A stretch of DNA of 64,000 nt. Source: Leucoraja ocellata. Taxonomy: Eukaryota. This document shows, in pieces, positions 24,997 to 37,670 of this stretch. A program made the position numbers and the translations under genes. Under the pieces are notes generated by a model. It ran no database searches. It worked only from the letters and a program-made list of their open reading frames with translations, and had not been told where the DNA came from. Where the stretch lies: positions 1,922,001-1,986,000 of the forward strand of contig JAWMAR010000293.1 in the NCBI GenBank assembly GCA_036785375.1, in the 5' to 3' direction. Each line of letters starts with the position of its first letter. The first letter of the stretch is position 1.

Positions 24997-25209
24997 AGGG
25001 CCTGTCCCGCTTGGTCGTCATTTGCACGTCACGCAGATGGCGCGTGAAGATTTTGTACATCACAAAATCTTGGGATGCTGCGCACAACCACGAGTCGCTG
25101 CCTATGTCACCACGCACCATGCGCGCATCACGTGCGTGTCACGACGCGTCTCATGCATCATGACGCGTAAATGATGTCGCATAAATGACGGCCACGTGGG
25201 ACAGGCCCT
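24997..25209. mobile_element. PIF/Harbinger-type MITE inserted in a SINE (24912-25320)
   Basis: TTA duplication at 24994-24996 and 25210-25212; termini agggcctgtccc / gggacaggccct; flanks rejoin as SINE core gtgtggagtt(a)gcatattc. Confidence 0.88.
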
Positions 25210-25764
25210 TTAGCATATTCCCCTTGTGATCTTGTGGGCTTCCTCGGTGCTCTAGTTTTCTTCCACATCCCAAAGTATACAGAACATTAGGTTAAATAAC
25301 TACCGTACATTGCCCCTCTCTTTCTTCAGTTTCAGTTTAGATTATTGTCACACGTGTCGAGGTAGAGTGAAAAGCTTTTGTTGCGTGCTAACCAGTCAGC
25401 AGAAAGACAATACATGATTACAATCGATCCGTTTACAGTGTACAGATACATGATAAGAGAATAATGTTGAGTGCAATGTAAAGCCAGCGAAGTCTGATCA
25501 AGGATAGCCCGAGGGTCACCAAAGAGGTAGATAGTAGTTCAGTTTTGCTTTTTGGTTGTGGTAGGATGATTCAGTTGTCTGATAAAAGCTGGGAAGAAAC
25601 TGCTGTTATCAGCAACTGAATCATCCCACCACAACCAGAGAGCAATGCTGAACTGTTATCGATCTCTTGGTTCAATTGCAGTGGTGATGGCAGGTAAGCT
25701 GGTACAATGGTCCTCCTGCAGCATGAGGAAAGTTAGGGAAACTGCTCGTGTTCATGTTCCAGGG

Positions 25765-26462
25765 TACATAGAGTGCAGGTATGTAGTTCCTTGAAAGTTT
25801 GGTCATGGGTAGATAGGGTGGTCAAAGATGGCTTTCGGCACATTGGCCTTCATCAGTCAGAGTATTGAGTAGAGACGTTGGGAGAACATGTTGCTGTTGT
25901 ACAAGACTTTGGTGTGGCCACTTTAGAGTATTGTGTTCAATTTTGGTCACCTTGTTATAGGAAAGCTGTTGTTAAGCTGGAAAGGGAGCTGAGAAGATTG
26001 ACCAGGATGTTGCCAGGTCTTAATGGCCTGAGCTATAGGGGGAGGTTGAGCAGGCTAGGACTTTATTCCTTGGAGTGCAGGATGAGGAGGGGTGATCTTC
26101 TTAAGGTGTATATGATCATGAGAGAAATATTTAGGGTAAATGCACAGTTTTTTACCCAGAATAGGCAAATCGAGAACCAGAACGCATAGGTTTAAGGTGA
26201 GAGGAGAAAGATTTAATAGGAAACTGAGGGGTAACTTTCTTTATTCACAGGGTGCTAGGTCTATGGAACAAGCTGCCAGAAGAGGTAGTTGAGGTACTAT
26301 CATGATGTTTAAAAGAACATTTGGACAGGTTCATGGATAGGATGGGTTTAGAGGGATATGGGCCAAACACTGGCTGGTGGGACTAGTGTTGGTCGGCGTG
26401 GGCAAGTTGGGCTGAAGAGTCTGTTTCCAAGCTGTATGACTCAATGGCTCTATCTATGACTG
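25765..26462 (+). mobile_element. CR1 LINE 3' fragment
   Basis: LEYCVQFWSPCYRK..KLER..RRLTRMLPG..RGDL. Confidence 0.9.
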
Positions 26463-27111
26463 TATGCATGGGTAAGTAGTACAATATGGGGTGGGGATGG
26501 GTGGGGAATTGACAGAAATACAGGGAGAATAAAATCGGATTAGTGAGGTATAGTTCTTTTAAGACTAAGAAATAGTCTCACATTACTGGGGTCTTATACC
26601 ATTCTGCTGTTACTGTGGGACAGCTCTTTCATTTGTGGTGTACAGTGTTATAGTTGCTGCGTTTTGATTTGATATTGTCAATTCATTCCTTTAGTTAGGT
26701 ACTGTTCTACTTTTCTACCTTTCCTGGAGTCCATTCCTATATTTGTGGTGGTCCACTCCACGTTACTGAGACAATCTTCCACTTCAACTTGGGATGACAC
26801 CTCTGCAATGTTGAGTCAGTATCACCACGGCTGACGGTCACTTCTTCATTGATTCTTAAAACGCCTGTGTTAGAAATTTGTGAAATGGTCCTCAGCAGTG
26901 AGGGAGTGTGAAAGGTGGGTGAATCTGCTGGGATATCTGGATATGGTGAGCCTGCAGCATTGCCAGAGGATGAGAAGCTTAAGGGTTGCTGCCTGCCCTG
27001 AAGTCTGTCAGCATTAAGCAGCTTAGATCCAGGCATGAACTGCTTGAAAACAAGGGTGGGGAAGAGAGCCGCAATTTTCTACCATCTCAGCAGGAACAAA
27101 TCACCTCCCAT

Positions 27112-27380
27112 TTAGTTTTATTTTAGTTTCAGAGATACAGCATGGAAACAGGCCCTTTGGCCCACCGAGTCTGCACCAACCAGCAATCCTCACACAACTA
27201 TCCTACACTTATACCAAGCCAATTGACGTACAAACCTGTACATCTTTGGAATGTGGGTGGAAACCAAAGATCTCGGACAAAACCCACGGGGTCACGGGGA
27301 GAACACACCAACTCTGTATAGACAGTACCCATAGTCGGGATCGAACCCGGGTCTCCAGTGCTGCGACACCGTGACGCCCA
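27112..27380 (-). mobile_element. HE1-like SINE
   Basis: Same structure as 6910-7192. Confidence 0.82.
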
Positions 27381-29134
27381 TTAGACTCTTATCCACACGT
27401 GCTACTCCATATTGAACTAATCAATCCCTTCATAAATAAGCATCAGACAGAAACTATTTAATTTTGAACTACTTCCCTCTCTGCAGATAAATATTGAATG
27501 AAACTGAATCAAGTTTCAAAATCGATAGAGTGTATGCACAGACATATTATTTCCAAGGCAGCTTTTTTCTACTTGTAAATTTCCAAAATAACTTTTGAGT
27601 GGTTCTCTGGTTCCCAGTGGAAATGGCATTTTAAACCAAATCAGCCCCCGTAATACAAGTAGTATTCACCAATTCATCATTCACGTTATATCCAGGTGGC
27701 GCTACGGAATCACGCTCATGTCCCCTTCATACTTTCAGTCCTGATGCAGGGTCTCGAGCTGAAACGTCGCTATTAGCCTCCACTGATGCTGTCTGACCCT
27801 CGAGTTCTTCCGGCAGCTTGTTCTTTGCTCTAGATCCCAGTATCTGCAGTCTCTTGTGTCTACGCAGGCTTTCTTCCTTTCTCCAACAATGTTTACAACC
27901 ACTTAATCTCACAATGTAAAATGGAAGCAGCAGGTAGGTTTTTGATAACACTATTATATTTATCCATGTTGCTGTCTGCAGGGTCATACATCCTTGGCAA
28001 GTGGTGCCGATGCAGGAGGGCTGGAGGCACTGAGCTAAGAGCAGCCCTGGTCTGATCGAATGAATGAATGTGGTCAGGTGGCTAAACAGTCTCTTCCTGT
28101 TCCCAATTGTGAATCTGTCTCTGATTCAGAAGGCTTGAGGTCTGATCCCATCTCTTTGAGTGAAGAACCTCAAACTATGAGTCCGGTGCACCATTGACAG
28201 TATGTTGTGCCGTTGAAGGCGCAGTCATATGGTCAGGATGTCAAACTGAGACAGTCTGTTCTCTTTGGTGGGTAAAAGATTTATTTATCAGAAGAGCAGG
28301 GAGGTTATTCTGGTGCCCTGTACACTATTTGCCCTTCATTCAGTATAAAAGAAAACAAAATCCGATCAATGGAACTGCTTGTGGGGGTCATCCATTTGTT
28401 GTACACCTGCTTCAAGTAATCCCAAAAGGGATGTAAATAATGCAACATAAATGCAAGACTTTCTTTTTAATCATCCACTTAAGAGAATTTGTCCTTACCT
28501 CTTCCTTCCTGCTTTCTTCAGCCGGTTATCTTGAACAGATGTGATCCCGGTAGTGCTCTCCCACCAGGAAGTCTGTGGAATACTATTTGAAAGACATAAA
28601 GTGGACAAGCAGCCAGCTGTTCCCTTACAACATCCACACTCTCTCTGCTTATCTAAGCTGAGCTGTGCTGAGTATGAATTGTGATTAGTGCCCGGGAGTG
28701 AAGATTCTTGATGTTATTTAAAGCCAAGAACCCAGCCCAGTTTTTACTAGTTGGCATATACACAGTTCTATATATGTATAATTGTAGCTCTCAGTAAGAG
28801 ACTGGCCTTTAGATCTTCCTACATTGTCTATATCCTGTGCAAAGTTGACCTGAGGATACTCACTGCCAATGCACCCACTCAACATACTTCAGTTGTCTGC
28901 TTCCAATTTATTTAATGGTTCGTGATTGTGCTGTGTTTTAGGAATAATGACCAGAATCAGCTTTGAGCATATCTGGGATCTGGGCGTTGCTGCCAGCACT
29001 TACTGCCTATCCCTACTTAGCCTAGAGAAGGTGATGATGAGTTGTAGTCCTGAACCTCTGCAGTCCTTTTGGTGAAAGTACTTACTTCCACAGTGCTGTT
29101 AGGAGGAGAGTTTCAGGATTTAGGTTAGGATACT

Positions 29135-29993
29135 AGGGTGGCGTGATCAAGAGTGGCAGCCTCACCAGCAGCTGTCTGTCCTTTCACCCTTTTTGTTATT
29201 TATGTGTATCTAAAAGTATGTTTTTAAAGGTTTCTTAGTCTTTTTTATGTGTGTGGGGTGAGGGGGTGGGGGTGGGGTGGGGGTGGGGTGGGGGGGGGGG
29301 AATAGGTGGAAACCGTTTCCCAGTCACTTACCTGGACGGAGATGCGTCTTTACTCCGATTTGCATCTTTTCTCCCCCTCGCAGCCTACCAACTGGATTGG
29401 CGTGGCCTCTCCTGGAGACCGGCCAGAGCTTCAGCAGTGGCAAAGCACTGAATTCCATCGCGGAGTGGGGATCGCCTGTGTTGGAGCTCTGGAGTGTTGG
29501 GCCTGCTGATTAACACTGCGGAGCTGTGGTTTGTGGAGCTTCTAGCCGCGGGCGGCGCTGACTTTAACATCGCGGAGTCCTGGGTTCTTTTGCCGAGGGT
29601 CGCCAGTGTTGAAGCTCCGCCCAGCTCGGCCTGTGGACTTGGAAGCCGTGGTCTCTGGTAAGAAGTGGCCGATTCGGAAACTCCAAGCCGCTGAGTGTGT
29701 TCTTCCATTCCGACGCCGGAGCTCCGATCATCCCGGCGGGAGGGCCTGAACATCGGGCCGCCGTAGCGGCGACTGCGGAGGGTTCAAAGGCCCTGAACAC
29801 GGGTGAACAAAGAGGACGATGACTGAACTTTATTGCCTTCCCTCACAGTGGGAAATGTTGATTCCACTGTGTGGAGATATTCATGTACAAATTCTATCAT
29901 GTATTGTGTTCTTTTTAATCGTATGGCTTTATGGTAACTCAAATCTCACTGTACCAAGTGGTGCATGTGACAATGAATGTAAGTTGAACTTGA
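29135..29993 (+). mobile_element. CpG-rich non-autonomous interspersed element, family uncertain (LINE-derived tail)
   Basis: Abrupt GC/CpG-rich block ending in caatgaatgtaagttgaacttga-type tail; no coding motif. Confidence 0.45.
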
Positions 29994-30504
29994 TTTAAAG
30001 AACCCTTCAGGGTGAGCAGTTCCAAGACAAATGGTTTCCACTAAAACTGTTTTTGAGAGAATAGAGCCTATTTCCCATCCCACTGCGTTTCTCATCAAAT
30101 CCTGATTCGAGTAATATTTCATTTTTATACTCTTTTTTCCAAAGCAAATAACCCTGCACTCTGCATATTACAATCCAACTGCCATTTTTGACCACTTAAT
30201 TTGCTTCAATACCACATTCTCCTTTTTCTATAGAGATGCTGTCTGATCCGTTGAGTTACTCCAATACTTTGTATCTATCTCATCCACAGCATCCTGATTT
30301 GGAAACATACCATTGCTTCTTCAACACTCCTGGGTCTAACTCGTGCTGTGGGAGGATCTTCAACATGACTGCAGTGAATCAAGATGCCTGCTCACCATCA
30401 CCTCAAGGAGAATAATGGATGGGCATTAAATGCTGGTCTTGTTGGTGATGCCCAGAGATCCCAGAACTGTTCATGGCCAGTCACATCTAATCATTCCCCT
30501 TCCA

Positions 30505-30722
30505 CTCTTCAGTACAAATTGGGGCCTTCCCCTTCCAGGCTTCAGTACAGGCTGGACCCTATCCTGCACTCCAGTACAACTCTGGGCCCTATCCTGCACT
30601 CCAGTACAACTGTGGGCCCTCCCCTCCCACATCAGTACAACTCTGGGTCCTTCTCCTCTCGTGAGGTCCTGTACAACTCTGGGCCCCTCTTCTCTCATGC
30701 TCCAGTACTATTCAGGGCCCCT
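30505..30722. repeat. Degenerate ~31-bp tandem repeat (cagtacaactctgggccct...)
   Basis: About 7 recurrences of cagtaca..tgggcc. Confidence 0.8.
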
Positions 30723-30744
30723 ACCTTCCTAGAGGTACCACATT

Positions 30745-31325
30745 TTTAGTTTAGTTTATTATTATCACATGTACTGAGGTATAGTGTCACGTTTTTTTGT
30801 TGTGTGCTGCTATCCAGCCAAAGAAAAGTCTATATACGATCGCAATCAAATGGTCCACAGAGTACAGATAAAGAATAAAGAGTAAAACATTTAGTGCAAG
30901 ATAAAGTCCGATTGAAGGTAGTTCAAGGTTTCTAATGAGGTAGACGGGAGGTCAGTGACCCACTCCAGTTGGTGAGAGGACGGTGCAGTTGACTTATAAA
31001 AGCTGGGAAGAAACAATCCCGGAATCTGCAGGTATGCATTTTCAAACCTCTGTACCTCTTGCCTGATGGGAGAGGGAGAAGAGGGAGTGACCGGGTTGAC
31101 ACTGGTCCTTGATGATGCTGGTGGCCTTGCCGAAGCAGTGTGAAATAAAGATGGGGTCAATGCAGGTTAGTTTGCATTCTGGTTTGGGCTATGTCCACAA
31201 CTCTCTGTAATTTCTTGCAGTCTTGGATGGAGTTGTTCCCAATCCATGCAGTGATGCATCACAACAAATTGTTTTCTGCAGTGCATCTGTAGAAGTTGGT
31301 GAGGGTTGCTGTGGGCATGGTAAAC
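30745..31325 (-). mobile_element. Rex1/Babar-like LINE 3' fragment
   Basis: Frameshifted YRCT.E...CITAWIG...LQRVV..AQ motif; (tttag)n tail. Confidence 0.7.
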
Positions 31326-31494
31326 TTGGGTTTTGGAATAGGTTTTGAGCCAGAGCCTGGTAACACTGAGATAAAAGGCACAAAAGAAACGACAAACTTT
31401 CTCACAAAAGAAGAAGCACAGACTTTAGTTTAGTAGCTCAAACAAATAGTGTTAAATGGACCCAGCTGAGCTATAAATATTTCAATCACTGCCA

Positions 31495-32892
31495 TCTTTC
31501 GTCTGTCTATCCATAACTAAAGCTCTGATCTTGTTATCTTCCGATTTGCACGGTCATTCTATTTGCGCAAAAAACGGTACATGTACGAGCTACAATTTTT
31601 CGCCAGTTTACTCACCGTTCTCCTGTGCTGCGATTGCACCAAGTTTCGTTACGATCGGTGGTCTAATGTAAAAGTTTGCGAGGTTTAAAAATCTTCAAAA
31701 CCGCACGTGTGCAGATCGATCTCCTCTCCTGCCGTTCAGCGCCGCGTGGATTGGTCTTTTCTCCTGTCACTCCGCGGGACGGTCCATCCCTTTCCTGCGT
31801 CATCGCATCTTTACTAGGGCTGAGGATAGCTGGCGGAGGTTTCCAACCAGACACAATTTTCGGAGGGACCGGAGGCCCGGAGCGGCACGGGAGATGTCTC
31901 CAAACGGAAAGCGGAGAATCTGATCCCAGCGGAAGAGAACGTCCAGCGACTATGAGTCCCCATCGCAACGTCAGCTCCAGCCCCTTCCTCTCTGGTCCCC
32001 CTCGCTGGCTACTGACCCCCTCCCCCGTGATATCCCCCTCTCCCCCACAATCTTGTCTATTCTCTGAGCTCTCCCCCCACCCACACAACCCCACCCCCAG
32101 CACTCCCCTCCCCCACCCCCACAGGCACTCCCCTCCCCCTCCCCCACAGGCCCCCAACAGGCCCTGCCTAAAGCCGTCCCACCCTCCTTGGCTGCAGGAT
32201 GCTCCCGGCTGAAGCCGTCCCCGTTGCCCGGCTACCGAATAATCCTGCCGGCCCCCGCCTTAAGCAGTCCCCGACACCCACTGTAGGACGCTTCCCCTTC
32301 CCACCAGACCCCGCCTAAATCCGTCCCCCTCCCCCGGCTGCAGGACCCTCCCCGCCGGCCCCCGCCTGAAGCTGTTCCCGGCTGCTGAACACAAGAGACG
32401 CAACAAGAAAGAATGGACTGAATAAATCTCATCTTTAACGTTATTCACATTTTAAGCTTTAATAAATCCCTTTTCCACTTGCCATGCCAGTCAGCTGCAC
32501 CTGCGCAGTAATATCTGCATGTTCTATGTCACAATGGGAACCCAATGGGCAGGAATGGCTGCGCAGTCAGAGAGCCGCAAAGAGTGGATGGGGAAGGGGG
32601 GGTTTGAAGGGCGGGAAAAGCAAGGGGCGGAGTGGGGGGTGGGGTGAGGGAGGAGGGGGGTGAGGGGAGGAGGGGTGTGAGGGGAGGAGGGGGAAATCGG
32701 GCGTCACAATGGGAACCCGTCAGCCGCGCTTGCGCAGTTAAGGGCTATGGGTGAGTGGTGGAATATTGTATTGGAGGGACGGGTTGTGTTGGGGGAATGG
32801 GTGAGTGGTGGAATATTGCTTTGGGGAATGGGTTTCGTTCGGGGACCAGGCCTCCAGTGTGACTGGGACCCAACGGTTCCCACTTAGTCTAG
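31495..32892 (+). mobile_element. Non-autonomous Helitron
   Basis: 3' end gggacccaacggttccc (hairpin) acttagtCTAG|T; 5' end A|TCtttcgtctgtctatccataactaaagctctgatcttg resembles the 5' end at 63712; no duplication. The 5' boundary could instead be 31506. Confidence 0.8.
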
Positions 32893-33047
32893 TACTTTGT
32901 ACCCACCAGTCACAGGAACAGCATAGTGCTGCCCAGAGTTGAAATGTCTTCAATGATTAAAGGCTTCCTGAGTGTGTGTGAGTCAGGAGTTTCACACTGA
33001 AGTATATAGAACATACAACAATAAAGGAATATGCCCTCCGACCCTAA

Positions 33048-33420
33048 CTAGCTGGAGTTTAGAAAGATGAGGGGGACCTCATTGAAACTTACAGAATAGT
33101 GAAAGGCCTGGATAGAGTGGCTATAGAGAGAGTGTTTCCACTAGTGGGAATAGCCTCAAAATTAAAGAACGATTCTATAGGAAGGAAATGAGGAGGAATT
33201 TATTTAGTCAAGTGTGTGGTGAATCTGTGGAATTCATTGCCACAGAAGGCAGAGGAGGCCAAGTCAATGGATGTTTTAAAGCTAGAGATAGATAGATTCT
33301 TGATTAGTATGGATGTCAGAGGCAATGGGGAGAAGGCAGGAGGGGGAGATTGATCAGACATGATTGAATTGAGTTGACTTGATGGGCGGATTGCCTAATT
33401 CTACTCCTATCGTTTCTGAA
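33048..33420 (+). mobile_element. CR1 LINE 3' end
   Basis: LEFRKMRGDLIETYRIVKGLDRV plus 3' UTR. Confidence 0.85.
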
Positions 33421-34129
33421 TTTATGAAAATGATGTTAAGCTAATCTCCTCTGAATGTGATCCAAATTCCACCATTCCCTACATACCCATGTGCCTATCT
33501 AAAAGCTTCTTAAAGTCTCATATTTGTATCTGCTATACCTGGCAGTGGTCAATTTCTTACTCCCCCCATTTCAGTAATTCTTGGAAATGTTTTGTTATTC
33601 TTGGAAATAGAGAAACAACATTAGAAGGAGCTCATCCAGGAATGTGAGTACGTCTCCCGCGGTTTCTGCAGCTGGCCTTTGCGATTAGCAAATCTTCCCT
33701 GTTCCCAGATGCTCATGGTGAAAGTCCCAATCCAGAGGATGGGTGAGAAAGAAAAACAAACAATGTCAAGTGAGTACAACATTCCCGTCAGAGTTCAGCA
33801 GGCTCCAGACCAATTCCAGCCACAGATGCTGCCTGATCCACTGAGTTCCACCAGCGGGATATTTTGCTTTGCTCCTGATTCCAGTTCTGAAGTATTTTGT
33901 GTCAAAAGTGAATCAGCGTCACTAACCACTTTTATTTGCACCTGGAAAGCATTTAGAAACTTGATTACATTTGAATATCTTTGCAACGACACCGTTATTT
34001 CTCATTAGTTCTAAATATTAGACGAGTTTTAGTTGAAACAGCCAATTATTTATTTTCTTCGTAATCTAATTCGATTCAGAGATGCATGGTATATATTTTC
34101 TAGTTACTGTCTGAAAGATAATTGGGAGT

Positions 34130-34480
34130 GTGCTGTATTCGCCAAGTCCCCAGACTGAGCCGGAGAGCCCGCTCCTTCATAGCGTCCCCCTCGGATGTCC
34201 AGCGGCCCAGAGCAGCCGGAGAATCTCGCTGGAGTTGGATGGGCAGCAAGGACCTGCATTTACCGGCGATTCGCCGCTGCGCACCCCCTATCTCCGAATT
34301 AGTTGCGTTTCCGCCGGTGGGTTGGTTGTGAGTTTCAGCCCGTAGTGAGCTCCAGCGAGTGCAGGCGTCGGGCGGCATTGCCACTCGGTGGCAGGCAGCC
34401 GCCACAACATGATCATTCATAAAATATTGCAGAGGCTGGATATCCGAAACACAAAAAACAGGCAGCGTCAATAGGTTAAC
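34130..34480. promoter_or_regulatory. CpG-rich unique island, candidate promoter, with CTCF-like motif CCACTCGGTGGCAG (34381-34394)
   Basis: High CpG density without transposon termini; direction and target gene unknown. Confidence 0.45.
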
Positions 34481-34718
34481 GTTGCATAGTGAAGACATGT
34501 CGTCAGAACTGGGTAATGGGAATCAAGGTCGGTTTTACGATGAATAAAACGAAAGGAATATCTTTCAGAATGAGCAAAACGCAAAGTGCTGGAGTAAGTC
34601 GGCAGGTCAGTCAGCATCTGTGGAGGGAATGGATAGGCGACGTTTCGGGTTGGACTCTTCTTCAGACTGCAGAAGTCTAGAGTCTGAAGAAGGGTCCCAA
34701 CCCGAAAAGTCGCTTATC

Positions 34719-37067
34719 CTGGGCTGCCAACATTGGGTGAGAGTTGGGAGTGAGACACTGCGAGAGACCAAGCCCGAGGGAGCATAGCAACGGGGGGGGG
34801 GGGGGGGGGGGGTGGTATCCCCCTCCCATTGGAATTGTGCGATATGGTGCATACTGCAGCGAGTCTTTTAACTTACACTTGAATACAATATATATGCTTT
34901 AAATTGGATTGGAGCGTTTTTGAAAGGGGGGAGGCTGTGCGAACACTGATCACTGGCCTTGGGGGTACCTGGTGAGGGAGTGGAGCAACTGAGTGGGGAG
35001 AGGGTGTGGAAGAAGGGGGTCCTCCCTCCAAGGGTAGAAACTTATTGAAATTTGATGTATTAAAATCATGTTTTAATGCCCTGTAGAAGTATGATTTCAA
35101 TGTTTTTTGTATGAAGTATTTTTAAGAGGTAACTTTTTAAGGGGTAACTTTATCCACACAAAGGGTGATGGGTGCATGGAACAAGCTGCCAGAGGAGGTA
35201 GTTGAGGCAGGGACTATCCCAATATTTAAGAAAATGTTAGACTGATACATGGATAGGACAGGTTTGGAGGTATGGACCAAAAGCAGGTAGTGTAGCTGGG
35301 ACATGTTGGCGGGTGTGGGCAAGTTGCGCCGAAGGGCCTGTTTTCACACTGTATCACTCTATGACTACATTATACCTCCACCATGCATGAATGCTTCAAA
35401 ATCAAGTGATCGAGTTTTATTGCCATATACTCAAGCATAGAAACATAGAAAATAGGTGCAGGATTAGGCCATCGGCCCTTCGAGCCAGCAATGCCATTCA
35501 ATATGATCATGGCTATTCATATAAAATCAGTACCTCTTTCCTGTTTTTCCCCATATCCCTTGATGTTGTTAGCCCCAAGAACAAAATCTAACTTTCTCTT
35601 GAAAACATCCGGTGAATTGGCCTGCACTGCCTTCTGTGGCAGAGAATTCCACAGATTCACAACTCTCTGGGTGAAGAAAGTTTGTCCTCATCTCAGTCCT
35701 AACTCCCCCCCCCCCCCCTTTATTCTTAAACTGTGACCCATGGTTCTGAACACCCCCAACATCGGGAACATTTTTCCTGCAGTTACAGTAAGTGAAAATC
35801 TAGCAGGCAAGCAGGATGCTTTCACCAACCACCCCCATTTGAAGTCCACTATCTTCCACCGTTTCTACCCAGTGCTTGGTACTTACTTCCAGCAGCCACT
35901 GGTTGTCCTCCAGGATGCACTCTCTATCCTCTCAACCCCCCTCTCTCAACCCCCCCCCTCTCTCCCCTCCATCTCTCTTTCCTCTCTGTCTCTCCTCTCA
36001 CCCCTCTCTCTCCCCTGTCTCCCCCCTCTCACTCCCCTGTCTCCCCCCTCTCACTCTCTCCCCTTCCCTCTCTCTTCTCTCTCCCCCCTCTCTCTTCCCC
36101 CTATCTCCCCCACCTCACCTCCCCCCTCTCTCTCGTCCCCTCTCCTCTCTCTCCCCCTCCTTCCCTCTCTCCCCTCTCTCTCCCCTAACTCTCTCCCCTC
36201 ACCCTCTCTCCCCTCTCTTCCCCCCCCTCTCTTTCTTCTCTTTCCCCCTCTTCTCTCCCTCTCCCCCTCTCTCTCTCCCCCTCGCTTCCCCCTCTCTCTC
36301 TCTTTCTCCCTTCCTCTCTATCTCTCCCTCTACACACTCTCCCCTCTATCTGTCTCTCCTCTCACCTCTCTCCCCCCACCTCATCTCTCTTTCCTCATCT
36401 CTCCCCTCTCTCTTTCTCCTGTCTCTATCTCCTCTTTCTCTTTGCCCCCCCATCTCTCTCTTTCCCACTCTCTCTCCCTCTTCCCCCTCTCTTTTACAAC
36501 CCCTCTCTCTCCCATTCCCTCTCTACCCCCTCCCTCTCTACCCCCTCCCTCTCTACCCCCTCTCTCTTCCCTCTTTCTTCCCTCTCACCCCTCTCTCTCT
36601 TCCCACCTCACTCTCCCCCCCTCTCTCCCCTACCTCTTTCCCCCTCTCCCTCTTCTCTCTCTCCATTCACCACCCCCCCCCCCCCTCTCTCTCTCCCCCT
36701 GTCTCCTTCCCCCCCTCTCTCTCCACCTCCCTTTGAGAGTCTGTCCCTTCGGCACAGAGACTCTCGCGGCAGCGGCGCTTCCGACGGCCCGGGACACTCG
36801 CACTGTCTGGAGCTGCTCCATGGCCGAAGCTGCAGCGAGCGACTCGCTAGCCGCGCAAATACTCGTCAGCCCCGCAAGCTCACCAGCCCCGGCGCCCCGC
36901 ATCTGTATCCGCCCGCTGCTTCCATCCCTCCCGCAGCCCCTGCTCTCCAACACCCGCGGACCATGCAGTTTATCCGAGTTTTTAAATTTTTGTTGAAAAA
37001 TTTCTGATCAGCGTGAGGGCGTGAGAGTTTGCTTGAGGGCTCTCAAGCGTGAGAGTTGGCAGCCCTG
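34719..37067. mobile_element. Non-autonomous hAT-like DNA transposon with 6-bp duplication, carrying two CR1 ends and a CT-rich tract
   Basis: Termini ctgggctgccaac / gttggcagccctg; CTTATC at 34713-34718 and 37068-37073; subterminal gtgaga repeats; the flanking Penelope-type repeat rejoins across it. Confidence 0.82.
35930..36732. repeat. About 800-bp C/T low-complexity tract
   Basis: Seen directly. Confidence 0.95.
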
Positions 37068-37670
37068 CTTATCCATTCCTTCCACAGATACTGCCTAACC
37101 CGCTGAGTTTCTCCAGCACTTCGTGTTTTGCAGCATCTGTCTCTCGTGTCCCTCTCTTTTCTGGTGAGCCAGGGCTACCTTGAGGGCCTGTTATAGTAAT
37201 CCATTGACGAGAGCTATGGATTATGCAATGGGGGCAGATAGCGAGTGAGAAGAGAGAAAGGCAAAAAGGCATTACATAGAAACATAGAAAATAGGTGCAG
37301 TAGTAGGCCATTCGACCCTTCAAGCCAGCACTGCCATTGAATATGATCATGGCTGATCATCCAAAATCAGTACCCCTAAGAGCCCTAAGAACAATGCAGG
37401 GCTGTAGAAAATCCCACGGTCAGATTCTGCCAATCCAGAGACGAAATGCCACAACAAATGCTTTGATTTATTTCTGGAACGTGAGCCTCACCGACAAAGC
37501 TAGAATTTATAATTTATCCCCAAGTTGCCTGTAAGTAAGTGGTGCTGGGTCACCTTGCTGCATTACTGCAGTCTTTTTGATGCAGTTACCCACCACTGCT
37601 TTTTGGGAATTGCAAAATTTAGACCGAATAATGATGAAGAACAGGTGAAATATTTCCGAAAGGACATTAT

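Noticed and set aside
31663-32448. GC-rich ORFs of 164-178 aa and CpG-island appearance
   Set aside because: Internal to the Helitron bounded by TC and CTAG; no recognisable domain.
35740-36996. Longest ORFs in the window (418 aa and 286 aa, Leu/Pro/Ser-rich)
   Set aside because: They result from a C/T low-complexity tract that lacks stop codons, inside a transposon.
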